Shown here: positions 21,502 to 32,397 of the stretch, piece by piece
Layout: each line of letters begins with the position of its first letter
How positions within the stretch are numbered: position 1 is the stretch's first letter
DNA from: an uncultured Chlamydiae bacterium
GTDB taxonomy: Bacteria > Chlamydiota > Chlamydiia > Chlamydiales > SM23-39
Reading direction: 5' to 3'
Assembly (NCBI GenBank): GCA_963828125.1
Contig: CAWHDP010000002.1
Span: forward strand, 1,720,394 to 1,784,393
DNA length: 64,000 nt
Position numbers and translations under genes: made by a program
Notes under the pieces: generated by a model
Seen by the model: only the letters and a program-made list of their open reading frames with translations
Database searches by the model: none
What the model was told of the DNA's origin: nothing

Positions 21502-22089
21502 TCATCCATTCATTTCTGAAAAATAGCCGACTAGCCCCGCCTCAGTGGGCTGCATAGCTTTGCGGCCGCTTTTCCAATTTGCGGGGCATACCTCTCCGTT
21601 CTCTTCGTGAAAAGTGAGCGCATCGAGGAGCCGGATCGCCTCGTCCACTGATCTGCCGAGAGGGAGGTCATTAATGAGTTGATGTCGGACGATCCCTTGC
21701 CGGTCAATGAGAAATAGGCCGCGATACGCGATCCCCTCGTCTTCCTTGAGGACTCCATAATCGCGGGAAATCGTCTTTGTGAGATCCGATAAAATCGGAT
21801 AGCTGACCCCTTCGATCCCCCCTTTGGATTTGGGTGTATTGAGCCAAGCGGTATGGCAAAAACAGCTGTCAACGGAGCAGCCGACGATTTGGGCGTTCCG
21901 CTTTTCGAACTCCTGCAGCTGCTCTTGGAAGGCGTGGAGCTCAGTGGGGCAAACGAAGGTGAAGTCGAGGGGATAGAAGAAGAGGATAACATACTTGCCA
22001 ACATAATCGCCGAGGTTGAAATCGAAGGTCTTTTGGGTGGTCACCGCTTTGGTTCGAATAGCTGGGGCTTTTTTCCCGATGAATGACAT
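21502..22089 (-). CDS. ahpC: 2-Cys peroxiredoxin (AhpC/Tsa family)
   Basis: 195 aa. FYPLDFTFVCPTE peroxidatic Cys motif plus a resolving Cys (EVCPANW). Confidence 0.9.
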   Translation of the reverse strand: MSFIGKKAPAIRTKAVTTQKTFDFNLGDYVGKYVILFFYPLDFTFVCPTELHAFQEQLQEFEKRNAQIVGCSVDSCFCHTAWLNTPKSKGGIEGVSYPILSDLTKTISRDYGVLKEDEGIAYRGLFLIDRQGIVRHQLINDLPLGRSVDEAIRLLDALTFHEENGEVCPANWKSGRKAMQPTEAGLVGYFSEMNG

Positions 22090-22091
22090 AG

Positions 22092-22727
22092 TTACTCCGA
22101 AAATAGTGCTTGGGCTCGACAGAGCCAGTTTTCTTTGCCAATGGATGTATCTCCGCCGTGACCGGGGATGACGCGTGTGTCAGGAGGCAGGCGGGAGAGC
22201 TTTTCTAAGCTGCCCCACATCAGGGAGGGTTGGGCTGTGGGGAGATGGAGCGTCCCAATGCTCCCTTTGAAGAGGGTGTCTCCGGAGATCAACAACGCCT
22301 GTTCCCTGAGGTAAAAACAGACGCTTCCCGGCGAGTGACCCGGGCTATGGATCACTTCGAGGGTAAGCCTGCCGATTGCGATTAAGTCCCCTTCGTTGAG
22401 AAAGTGGTCGGGAATGGCCGGATGGATGGGGCAATAAAGGGGGATGCCATCGGAGCCGGGGTGTTCGACGTTTTTGGCGTCGAGGGAATGGACGTAGAGG
22501 GGGGCGCCAGTTTTGACTTTGAGGGGGTGGGCGTCGGCGATGTGGTCCCAGTGGGAATGGGTTAACAGAATTTTTTCAATAGCGAGCCCCCGTTCGGCAG
22601 CTTTTTCTAAAAGCGCGGACGCCGACCCTAAGGAGGGGTCGATCACAACGGCGGCTTTTGTGTGGGCGCATCCGATCAAAATGGCATTGGTCTCCAAGGG
22701 ACCAAATGGAAACTTATATACGAACAT
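22092..22727 (-). CDS. MBL-fold metallo-hydrolase (glyoxalase II-like)
   Basis: 211 aa. Motifs LLTHSHWDHIADA, HSPGHSPGS and IPGHG. Confidence 0.8.
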   Translation of the reverse strand: MFVYKFPFGPLETNAILIGCAHTKAAVVIDPSLGSASALLEKAAERGLAIEKILLTHSHWDHIADAHPLKVKTGAPLYVHSLDAKNVEHPGSDGIPLYCPIHPAIPDHFLNEGDLIAIGRLTLEVIHSPGHSPGSVCFYLREQALLISGDTLFKGSIGTLHLPTAQPSLMWGSLEKLSRLPPDTRVIPGHGGDTSIGKENWLCRAQALFSE

Positions 22728-22801
22728 TGCACTGGAGAGGATTTGAACCTCTGACCCCCTGGTTCGTAGCCAGGTACTCTATCCAACTGAGCTACCAGTG
22801 C
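22728..22801 (-). tRNA. tRNA-Arg (anticodon ACG)
   Basis: Reverse complement gcactggtagctcagttggatagagtacctggctACGaaccagggggtcagaggttcaaatcctctccagtgca folds as a cloverleaf by eye: 7-bp acceptor stem, anticodon stem cctgg/ccagg, loop ctACGaa, and a T-arm gaggttcaaatcctc. Confidence 0.9.
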
Positions 22802-22825
22802 TAATGGGGCTATGATGATCCACCC

Positions 22826-22876
22826 GAGGGGTTAAAATCAAGGGCAAATACTCACCAGTCCCGCTTTTAACCCCTC
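22826..22876. repeat. inverted repeat (12-bp arms gaggggttaaaa / ttttaacccctc, 27-nt loop)
   Basis: Read directly. Lies between the tRNA-Arg 5' end and the stop of the 521-aa gene. Confidence 0.6.
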
Positions 22877-22906
22877 TCCCTTTTCAAGGGGCCAGTTCAA
22901 AGATTT

Positions 22907-24472
22907 TCACACATCTCGTTTTTGCTGCTTTTGCTGGTCAAATTGAGACTTAAAGGTTTCAAGTTCCCTCTGTAGCTTAGGATCGGAACCAGCGGCGGCG
23001 CGAAGCTCTACTAACCAAGGGTTGAGTAGGTCAACTTTTGCCAAATTGTTATACAGATTTATGAGGTGGCGGTAATCGCGATAAGTGTCAGGGAAGTCAG
23101 GGTTGTCCTGTGTTTGGATTGCTAGAAGAGCCCAATCAGTCAGAGTCTGGCTCCAATCAGGAAAAAGCTGACACAAAAGGGGGATTGTTTGGTGGGCGTT
23201 GTAATAACTAAATGCATCGGTCAATCCGTCTGCTTCAGTATAGGTCTTTAGCGACGCAAGAAGATCAAGATGCTCTTGACGCAAGAGATCAATTACCGCA
23301 CCTTTACACTGCATTTTCTCTAAAACTGCAAATAGATCCCGCAAACCCTGAAAATTACTACGATTTCCCATCGATCGAATGATGTGGACAATAACAGGAT
23401 AAAAAGCCTTTTCGTTGAAGTGGCGCAGGAGTCTCAAGGCTGTTTCAGAGTAATAATAATCAGATTCAAAAACCGCATTCGTGAGGGACTCAATGTCCCC
23501 TTGGAACCAAGACTGGATCGGATCGATGAGATTTTGAAAATCGGGTTCTTGAAGAAGGCGGATAACCTCCTCTGGATCCGAACCTGTGTAAGAAGAACAA
23601 ATGGTTTGGAAAATACGCAATTTGATCGTATCTGAATTGTCGATTTGAGTAAGAGCCGTGAACCAAGCTTGAAATGTTTTTTTCCCTTCAGGGTGTGATT
23701 TGACCACCCTAACAATCTCGCGAATAGGAACACTTTCGTGAAAAGGATGACTGTCTCTGTTCAGGAAATAACCGAAAAATTGGACTCCCATTTGTTTGAG
23801 CATTGATGTGATGACCGCATATTTTTCATCATTGTTATTTAAAAAAGGCTCCCTCCAAAGATTTTGTTCCAAGTCAGTAAATTTGCCATGCCGCGTGTTA
23901 TTGCAAGCGACTAAACGATCCGCTATGAAAGTCTGCCTTTGAGCGGAATTTTGAGGCAGATTCTCTGCAATCGCCGACTTAAGTGCCTTATTGGCTTCAT
24001 AACCACAACTTGTCCCAAATGCATTTAGGATAGGAATCCATTGATCTGCAGGGGCAATCTCAGAGAACTTTTTGATCACTGCGGAAAGCAATTGCATTTT
24101 TTGAAGGGTTTGATATAACAAGCTCGGCGCCCAAGTTGAATTGACTACTTCAAGAAGTGTTTCCGCAGCCAATTGAGTCCACGTATGTGGATCGAAGCAC
24201 ACATCATGAGAGACTCTACAAATATCCGTACCAAAATATATAAAAAGGCGGGGCCACATGGGTTTGGGCATTTGGCTAAAGAGGCGGGGTAACCAAATAG
24301 AAGGCTTTTCGCCAGTGCTTAGATCCTCCCGCAGGGATTGCGCGATCGGTACCGGGTCGAGGTACTGAGATGTTTCCGTAAAGTGTTGTTTGAGCCTATC
24401 GTAAGCCGATTGCTGCCGTTCGATGCTTTGCGATATAGATAAACCGCTATGAGTAATCGATGGAATATTCAT
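22907..24472 (-). CDS. hypothetical protein, AT-rich accessory gene (all-helical by composition)
   Basis: 521 aa. GGAG lies before the ATG. No recognisable domain. The C-terminus is Gln/Lys-rich. Confidence 0.55.
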   Translation of the reverse strand: MNIPSITHSGLSISQSIERQQSAYDRLKQHFTETSQYLDPVPIAQSLREDLSTGEKPSIWLPRLFSQMPKPMWPRLFIYFGTDICRVSHDVCFDPHTWTQLAAETLLEVVNSTWAPSLLYQTLQKMQLLSAVIKKFSEIAPADQWIPILNAFGTSCGYEANKALKSAIAENLPQNSAQRQTFIADRLVACNNTRHGKFTDLEQNLWREPFLNNNDEKYAVITSMLKQMGVQFFGYFLNRDSHPFHESVPIREIVRVVKSHPEGKKTFQAWFTALTQIDNSDTIKLRIFQTICSSYTGSDPEEVIRLLQEPDFQNLIDPIQSWFQGDIESLTNAVFESDYYYSETALRLLRHFNEKAFYPVIVHIIRSMGNRSNFQGLRDLFAVLEKMQCKGAVIDLLRQEHLDLLASLKTYTEADGLTDAFSYYNAHQTIPLLCQLFPDWSQTLTDWALLAIQTQDNPDFPDTYRDYRHLINLYNNLAKVDLLNPWLVELRAAAGSDPKLQRELETFKSQFDQQKQQKRDV

Positions 24473-24584
24473 GGTGTCTCCAGTTCAAAAACTTTCCAAA
24501 GAGGGACATTATGCCATAATAAGTCTGCAAAAGGCAAGCAATATAATATTTTTATCGGAACTCTAATGGTAGATATTCGCCATC

Positions 24585-24830
24585 TAGCCCGCATTTCTCA
24601 CACAGACGCGGAAAATCTGCTCAATCTGTCACGCCATCTTTCGCCAATCGCTCGTCGCTAATAGGAAGAGCCCTATTATACTGCGGCCACCCCAAAAGTG
24701 TATTTGGGCAGCGTCAAAGCTGCCCAAATACACTTTTGGGGTGGCCGCAGTATAGCTTCCTCGCGATTTGCAAAATCTGGCGTAACATCTTGAGCGCCTT
24801 TTCTCGCGTCTGTGTGAGAAATGCGGGCTA
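24585..24830. mobile_element. family-A MITE-like palindromic element, full copy (A1) carrying a nested family-B element
   Basis: Perfect 26-bp terminal inverted repeats, TAgcccgcatttctcacacagacgcg ... cgcgtctgtgtgagaaatgcgggcTA. The internal arms are imperfectly complementary. No coding capacity. Confidence 0.85.
24677..24754. mobile_element. family-B palindromic element (B1) nested in A1, with a TA duplication
   Basis: TA|tactgcggccaccccaaaagtgtatttgggcagc-gtcaaa-gctgcccaaatacacttttggggtggccgcagta|TA. The arms are a perfect 34 bp. The corresponding site in A3 (45973-45984, cctatTAgctcc) is empty. Confidence 0.85.
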
Positions 24831-24996
24831 GGGGAAGAGGAGCTTGACTGATTCGTAAGCCCAATGGAGCTTTTTTTTCCGTGCAAGTAAATCCTTTTCA
24901 AGGGCCCTCTTCATGGTGCTCTCTAACTGTCTTCATTTTTGCAGAAATTGCCATAAATAAACGCAAATATCTAATAATAAGGCATTTGCGATTTCG

Positions 24997-25896
24997 TTAG
25001 AAGTCGAGAAAGTTCCAGAAGTTTTTCAACGGAATGAGGCTTAAAAGATCCTCATTTTTGAGCCGTTTGACTTGTGGGGCCCCTTTGGGGACGAAATAGG
25101 TTGGTTCCAACTGGATGTCAAAAAGAGGTTGAACCGATCGATAGCGATAGCCGTGGATAAAGTCGGCGCCGCGAAAAGGGGCGGCGAATTCCTCATTCAC
25201 GAGGGCGATCCAATCGCGATCCCCTTTGTGGCCCCAGGAGCGAACCTTCCGGAGCATCTCTTCTTGGGTTCGCACCCAGCTGTAGTGGTGGAACATGGGA
25301 GTTCCGTCGGAGCCGCCGACGTGGCGCCGTTTGGGGCCGGGGAGAAGGTTGTAGATGGCGTCCCTCTCGTCTTGGTGGAGGAGGACGTCTCGCTCAAGGG
25401 CCCTTTTTTGGGCCAGCACAACCGAGTCTTCAAACCGGAGAGCTTGATTCGTCGGTTCGCGAAAGTACCAATAATTGGAGAGCTTGAGGGCTGTGTGGTG
25501 CCGATAGTCACTACAGTCGAGCCATTGGGCAAAGCGTTTGCCGTCAGGGACCTCGTCTGCGTCGAGGAAGAGGACCGTTTCGACCTCTTCGCTCAGAGCG
25601 GAAAAGCCGATCCACCGCGATAGGCTATGCCAAAAATGGGCTGGATCGATTTTTTTCCAAATTTTTTTATGTATTTTCTCTGGCAAATAGGGGTATTCGA
25701 TGAACAGGCATTGAGGAAAGGCTTTATAAATTTCTTCCAAAAGTGGGCGATTTTCAGGAGTCCCATCGAAAAAATGGTCGCAAACAGGTACAATGACTTG
25801 CCGAGAGAAGAGGAGAGCCTGTTCGAGGGTGGCTTGGATGAAGCGGCTCTCGTTCGAACAAAAGTTGACAATGGTCGAAAGGGGATGCTTTTCCAT
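24997..25896 (-). CDS. putative glycosyltransferase (GT-A-like, DxD motif)
   Basis: 299 aa from MEKHPL. Motifs LFLDADEVPDG, KLSNYWYF and MFHHYSWVRTQEEMLRKVRSWGH, reminiscent of GT17/GT2-like enzymes. Family assignment is uncertain. Confidence 0.45.
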   Translation of the reverse strand: MEKHPLSTIVNFCSNESRFIQATLEQALLFSRQVIVPVCDHFFDGTPENRPLLEEIYKAFPQCLFIEYPYLPEKIHKKIWKKIDPAHFWHSLSRWIGFSALSEEVETVLFLDADEVPDGKRFAQWLDCSDYRHHTALKLSNYWYFREPTNQALRFEDSVVLAQKRALERDVLLHQDERDAIYNLLPGPKRRHVGGSDGTPMFHHYSWVRTQEEMLRKVRSWGHKGDRDWIALVNEEFAAPFRGADFIHGYRYRSVQPLFDIQLEPTYFVPKGAPQVKRLKNEDLLSLIPLKNFWNFLDF

Positions 25897-25930
25897 GGCA
25901 CAGAATCTTAACACAAAATACGATTAAATC

Positions 25931-27277
25931 ATGAACGTTGTCATTCTAGGCGCCGGCAAAATCGGCTCATATGTCGCCAAGACCCTTTCGGAAGAGGGGG
26001 TCAATGTAATTTTGATCGATCGGGATCCAGAGGCGCTGGAGAGGGTGAGCCGCGAGAGCGAGGTGGCGACGATCCATGCGTCGGCCCCGAATTGGAGCCT
26101 TTTTGAGGATTTGATCGAGCGAAAACCTGACCTTTTTTTCGCGGCGACCGGAAACGACGAGACGAATTTAGTCTCTTGCTCGATCGCGAAAAATTTGGGT
26201 TTTCCCAAAACGGTGGCTCGCGTTCAGGCGAGGGAGTATCTGAATCCGGTTCATTTGGATTTCGGGCGCCTTTTTTTTGTCGATTATTTCATCGGACCCG
26301 AAGTTCTTGCGGCGCAAGATTTGTGCAAAATGCTTGTCCACTCGGGCGATCTAGCGATGGAACATTTTGCGCATGGGGCGATCCAAATGAGGACAATCCA
26401 AATCCCCGACAAGTGGGACAAAGGGGGAACCTCGATTGCAAATCTGGCCTTGCCGGATGAATTGATCGCGGGGCTGATCCGGCGCAAGATGGCGGCGGGA
26501 GAGACGGTTTTGATCCCTCATGGAGACGATCATATTCTGCCGGGCGATGAGCTAACGGTGGTCGGCGAGGCGAAGGTCATGCATCGGCTCCACGAGATCT
26601 TCGATTCAGCTGAGACGCGGACCCGTTCGGTGATTTTGGTCGGGGGCTCTCCGATCGCGGTCCATCTCACCCATTCGCTTTGCCAACAAAAAATTCATGT
26701 CAGGGTGATCGAAAAAAATGGGGCGCGATGCGGGGAGCTTGCCACTTTGCTCACTCAGGCGACGATCATCCATCGGGACGGACGGGATCCGCAGCTTCTC
26801 CGCTCTGAACAGGTGCAGAATGCAGATGCGTTGGTCGCTTGCACGCACTTAGATGAGACAAACTTGATGATCGCCGCGATGGCTAAAGAGATCGGCTGTC
26901 CGAGGGCGATCGCCCAGATCACCGACGGTCAAATTGTGCCCCTATTGGAGAAGGTCGGCGTCTTTCCTGCCCTCTCTCCTCGTGTGAATGCAGCCAACCG
27001 GATCCTTTCGATTTTGGATGAAGAGACGACCCTTTCGGTCGCCTCGCTCAGCTGCGATTCGGCCAAAATCATCGAAATGCGGGTCGCCCCCTCTTCAAAA
27101 GTGGTCGGAATCCCCCTTTCCGATCTCGATCTGCCGAAGGGGCTCTTAATCGCTGTCATTGAAAGACAAGGGCGGGTAATGATCGGGAGGGGGAGCCGGG
27201 TACTGTATCCTGAGGATATTGTGATTGCTATCTGCCATCCAGTGCAAATTCCAAAACTTCAACACCTTTTTCATTGA
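25931..27277 (+). CDS. trkA: Trk K+ uptake system, NAD-binding subunit
   Basis: 448 aa. Two Rossmann/RCK units (MNVVILGAGKIGSYVA and VILVGGSPIAVHL). Confidence 0.85.
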   Translation: MNVVILGAGKIGSYVAKTLSEEGVNVILIDRDPEALERVSRESEVATIHASAPNWSLFEDLIERKPDLFFAATGNDETNLVSCSIAKNLGFPKTVARVQAREYLNPVHLDFGRLFFVDYFIGPEVLAAQDLCKMLVHSGDLAMEHFAHGAIQMRTIQIPDKWDKGGTSIANLALPDELIAGLIRRKMAAGETVLIPHGDDHILPGDELTVVGEAKVMHRLHEIFDSAETRTRSVILVGGSPIAVHLTHSLCQQKIHVRVIEKNGARCGELATLLTQATIIHRDGRDPQLLRSEQVQNADALVACTHLDETNLMIAAMAKEIGCPRAIAQITDGQIVPLLEKVGVFPALSPRVNAANRILSILDEETTLSVASLSCDSAKIIEMRVAPSSKVVGIPLSDLDLPKGLLIAVIERQGRVMIGRGSRVLYPEDIVIAICHPVQIPKLQHLFH

Positions 27278-28872
27278 TGGGTTTTGCAAAAATCTTAAGC
27301 AAATACCTCTTCTATCTCAGCGCTCTCCTCCTCATTCCGCTCGGAGTCTCCGGATTTTATCAATTGTTCCCCGCATCGCATCCCCAGCCTCATTGCACCC
27401 TCTCCTTTTTTTTGACGTTCACGGTCTCTCTCTCTCTTGCACTTGCCCTTCGCTGGATCGGACGAAAGGCGGAAGGGGGGCTCTATCGGCGCGAGAGCAT
27501 TCTCCTTGTGGTTTTCATCTGGATCATCACTGCAATCATTAGCTCCTTTCCTTTTTCCTTCAGCCGCACATTAAGTCCGCTCGACGCCTATTTTGAGGCG
27601 ATGTCGGGACTCACCACAACCGGAGCTACCGCCCTCTCGCCGAAGGCCTACGACCCTGGAACTGGCGCGGAAATCCCAATCTATTTGACCAATCCCCATA
27701 TTCCTGAAAAAACGTACGTTTATCAGGGAACCGTTGCGCCCGTTCGCGATCCTGAGACAGGTCTTGTCCTCTATTCGGGGATCGAAGCGGTCGGCAAAGG
27801 GCTCCTCCTTTGGCGAGCGTTGCTGCAATGGATTGGCGGCATGGGGATTGTCGTCGTCTTCCTCGCCGTCCTTCCCGTTCTGGGAGTGGGCGGCAAATTC
27901 CTCTACCAAATGGAGACGACCGGCCCGATCAAAGACGAGATCAACCCTCGTGTCCGCGAGACGGCGTCGCAGCTTTGGAAACTCTACGCCTTTTTCACCT
28001 TGTTGGAGACGGCTCTTCTCGTCTGGACGAATGGCGAAATGCCCCTTTTCGACGCCATTTGCACAGCTTTGTCCACCATTTCAACTGGCGGATTTTCGGT
28101 GAAAAATGACAGTATTGCCAGCTACCATAGCGCTGCCACTGAAGGGATTGTCATCGCCTTCATGATCATTGGGAGTATCAATTTCTCTCTCTATTTTCAT
28201 ATCCTCCGCCTCAAATTCTACCGCGTCTATGTCCCCGATTTTTTCCTCTTTCTCGGGATCGCAGCCCTCGGCTCCATTGCCGTCTCCTCCTTCCTCATCC
28301 CCGAATTCGGACTGAGCGAAGCCTTCCGTCAAGGGAGCTTCCAGGCCCTTTCGGTTCAGACGACTACCGGCTTTTTTTCCGCTAACTACGACCTCTGGCC
28401 CTTCGCTCCGCAAATGATCATGCTGATCCTTATGTTCGTCGGAGGCATGTCTGGCTCGACCGCCGGCGGGATTAAAACGTCCCGCTTTTACATTGCCTAC
28501 AAGATCATCCTCCACAGACTCGAATCGCTCTTCCGCCCAGATAGCGTCCGAAAACTCTACATCGGGAAAAACGAAGTCGATGACAAAAATGCCCTCACCG
28601 TCCTCGCCTTTTTCTGTATCGTTGCTTTTTGCACCGCCCTCGGTACGTTCGTCCTCGTCCTCGATGGCGTCGATCCCGAAACGGCCCTTGGGATCATCGC
28701 CTCCTTCCTCAATAACGTCGGCCTCGCCTTCCGCTCCGCCGGTCCCACCGAATCGATGGCCTTCCTCTCCCCCTTCTCCAAGCTCCTCGCCACCTTCTGG
28801 ATGCTCCTCGGCCGCCTCGAGTTCTTCGTCGTCCTCCTCCTCTTCCTCCCCGCATTTTGGAAGAATCGATGA
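27277..28872 (+). CDS. trkH: Trk K+ uptake system, membrane subunit
   Basis: Four pore-loop motifs (GLTTTGAT, STGGFS, QTTTGF, GSTAGGIKT). The ATG overlaps the trkA TGA (TGATG). Confidence 0.85.
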   Translation: MGFAKILSKYLFYLSALLLIPLGVSGFYQLFPASHPQPHCTLSFFLTFTVSLSLALALRWIGRKAEGGLYRRESILLVVFIWIITAIISSFPFSFSRTLSPLDAYFEAMSGLTTTGATALSPKAYDPGTGAEIPIYLTNPHIPEKTYVYQGTVAPVRDPETGLVLYSGIEAVGKGLLLWRALLQWIGGMGIVVVFLAVLPVLGVGGKFLYQMETTGPIKDEINPRVRETASQLWKLYAFFTLLETALLVWTNGEMPLFDAICTALSTISTGGFSVKNDSIASYHSAATEGIVIAFMIIGSINFSLYFHILRLKFYRVYVPDFFLFLGIAALGSIAVSSFLIPEFGLSEAFRQGSFQALSVQTTTGFFSANYDLWPFAPQMIMLILMFVGGMSGSTAGGIKTSRFYIAYKIILHRLESLFRPDSVRKLYIGKNEVDDKNALTVLAFFCIVAFCTALGTFVLVLDGVDPETALGIIASFLNNVGLAFRSAGPTESMAFLSPFSKLLATFWMLLGRLEFFVVLLLFLPAFWKNR

Positions 28873-28958
28873 TAATCAATAAGTATAAAAAATATTTGTA
28901 CTGTTAAATAATGTGTATTTAGTATATAGTTATTTTCGAATTACTAATAGGTTGTATT

Positions 28959-29363
28959 ATGAATTTTGTGAAAGTTGTTGTTACTTCTACCTTCAAGAAG
29001 GTTGATGCGGTTATTGAACCCTATGTTGCGAGACTGCAGGGTCAGCCAATGTGGATGCAGGTGGCGGTGCCGCTGACCCTTGAAGCAATGATTGTAGGGT
29101 CTATAGGGGTATGCCGCAATATTTGGGATAACGTCGTGTCAGAGATGTCAAATCCACTTTTAAAGTACTCATCCGGATTTTTGATGGTCTCCTGCGGAGT
29201 CATGGTCGGAGGCCTTCTAGCAATGTGTTTAAAGAGTGTAGTGGAGAGGCCATGGCAAGATGCTGCAAGAAGAGCCGTTGAACCAATGCGGCAGGTGATA
29301 GCCCAGATGCGGAACAGGGTAATGGAGATGGGTACTCATGCTCAAGGAGCTCCCGCAGCCTAA
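28959..29363 (+). CDS. hypothetical membrane protein (two hydrophobic segments)
   Basis: 134 aa with an AT-rich upstream region. Its 3' end (gctcaaggagctcccgcagccTAA) resembles that of the next ORF. Followed by a copy of the groEL terminator. Confidence 0.45.
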   Translation: MNFVKVVVTSTFKKVDAVIEPYVARLQGQPMWMQVAVPLTLEAMIVGSIGVCRNIWDNVVSEMSNPLLKYSSGFLMVSCGVMVGGLLAMCLKSVVERPWQDAARRAVEPMRQVIAQMRNRVMEMGTHAQGAPAA

Positions 29364-29365
29364 GC

Positions 29366-29409
29366 AGAGGCGGGGGATTTCTCCCCCGCCTCTCTTTACA
29401 TCATGCCGC
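29366..29409. repeat. 44-bp direct repeat, copy 1 (duplicated groEL 3' end plus terminator hairpin)
   Basis: agaggcgggggatttctcccccgcctctctttacatcatgccgc is identical to 30317-30360. Confidence 0.9.
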
Positions 29410-29499
29410 TGTAGTTCTGTAGATAAAACATTTAACATTGCTTCAAATACAGATAATTTGTACAATTTGGCGGAATAAATATAAATCTGGAGTGTAAAT

Positions 29500-30309
29500 A
29501 TGATTCAAATTAGAAAGGAGCCTGTACCTGTATATAACGGGCCGGGCCTCAGCGTTAGTCGGACGGAGGAAAGGGATAAAGAACGCGTTAGTGTGATTGT
29601 CAGCAAGAACGCTTTCTCTGATGCTATCCAACAGATTGCCCGGGAGGCGCCTACGTCTGCCGGAATATGTGAAAAACTCCGCAACTGGTTCTGCCCCCGT
29701 CCCCCAATCAAGGAGGGGTTCTTCTATATGCAGGATGGAATAAAAGTCCAGACGCTGGAGATCGTTAGAGGAGAGGAGAAAAAAAATCAAGAAAAAGGGA
29801 TCTATATTGAGGTCATACGGCCAAAACATCCAAGCGGACAGTGCGCTCGATTCTTTTTGAAGTCGATCAGGCCACTCGCTTTTATCTCTTCTATGGCGAT
29901 GACCGCAAATACAACCGAAATGGGTAGAACATTTCTTAGGAATACAGTCGCAGCCGTTTCACAAGCCGCCACAACTGTTTTTAGTGCTTTAAAAGAAAAA
30001 ACGGTTGAACTCTATCCGCAAGCTGTTCAAGTGGCTCAGAGTGTTCCTCCACTAGCCACCGTTTTAGCCATGACTTGGGCCGTTCCTGCCTTTCTAAACG
30101 CATGCCTAGCAGGGAAAAAATTGCAGGCACTCACCATAGCTGGTCTGGGGCTTGCGGTTGGGGTCGTCCCTTATCTCACGGCTCAAACGGGAAGCAGAGA
30201 CGCCTCTTCCGCTGCTCCAAGTAGCCCGTTCAGCGCATTCTCTCAAGGCACTTGTCCCGCTGCTCCAAATAGCCCGTTCAGCGCTCAAGGCACTTGTCCT
30301 GCGACGTAA
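29500..30309 (+). CDS. putative inclusion-membrane (Inc)-like protein with a bilobed hydrophobic domain
   Basis: 269 aa. PLATVLAMTWAVPAFLNACLAG-KKLQ-ALTIAGLGLAVGVVPYLTA gives two TM segments with a 4-aa loop. The C-terminus carries a 48/42-bp tandem repeat (30211-30300). Confidence 0.5.
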   Translation: MIQIRKEPVPVYNGPGLSVSRTEERDKERVSVIVSKNAFSDAIQQIAREAPTSAGICEKLRNWFCPRPPIKEGFFYMQDGIKVQTLEIVRGEEKKNQEKGIYIEVIRPKHPSGQCARFFLKSIRPLAFISSMAMTANTTEMGRTFLRNTVAAVSQAATTVFSALKEKTVELYPQAVQVAQSVPPLATVLAMTWAVPAFLNACLAGKKLQALTIAGLGLAVGVVPYLTAQTGSRDASSAAPSSPFSAFSQGTCPAAPNSPFSAQGTCPAT

Positions 30310-30316
30310 ATGAAGA

Positions 30317-30344
30317 AGAGGCGGGGGATTTCTCCCCCGCCTCT
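30317..30344. terminator. bidirectional hairpin terminator shared by groEL (-) and the Inc-like gene (+)
   Basis: agaggcggggga-tttc-tcccccgcctct: 12-bp GC-rich stem with a 4-nt loop, immediately after both stop codons. Confidence 0.7.
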
Positions 30345-30346
30345 CT

Positions 30347-32307
<1,961 letters not shown>

Positions 32308-32397
32308 AGGTGCCTCCATATTTTTTGACTCATCATAATGGCTTGCCTCGATTTCGTCAATACATTTAGCAATCAAAGGCGATTACTGCCAAACTTA

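Noticed and set aside
22728-24830. A classical tRNA-integrated genomic island at tRNA-Arg.
   Set aside because: The AT-rich gene lies on the 5' side of the tRNA, there is no integrase, and I found no direct repeat of the tRNA 3' end. Only the compositional oddity is reported.
24449-24901. ORFs lying inside or across repeats: 24449..24661, 24629..24901, 24676..24864, 45729..45962, 62191..62379, 62266..62793, 62297..62584 and 63687..63956.
   Set aside because: Their shared peptides (RISHT[DS]AENLLNLSRHLSPIARR, PPQKCEF) simply mirror the repeated DNA. They have no RBS, they run into the repeats from arbitrary flanks, and some overlap better-supported genes.
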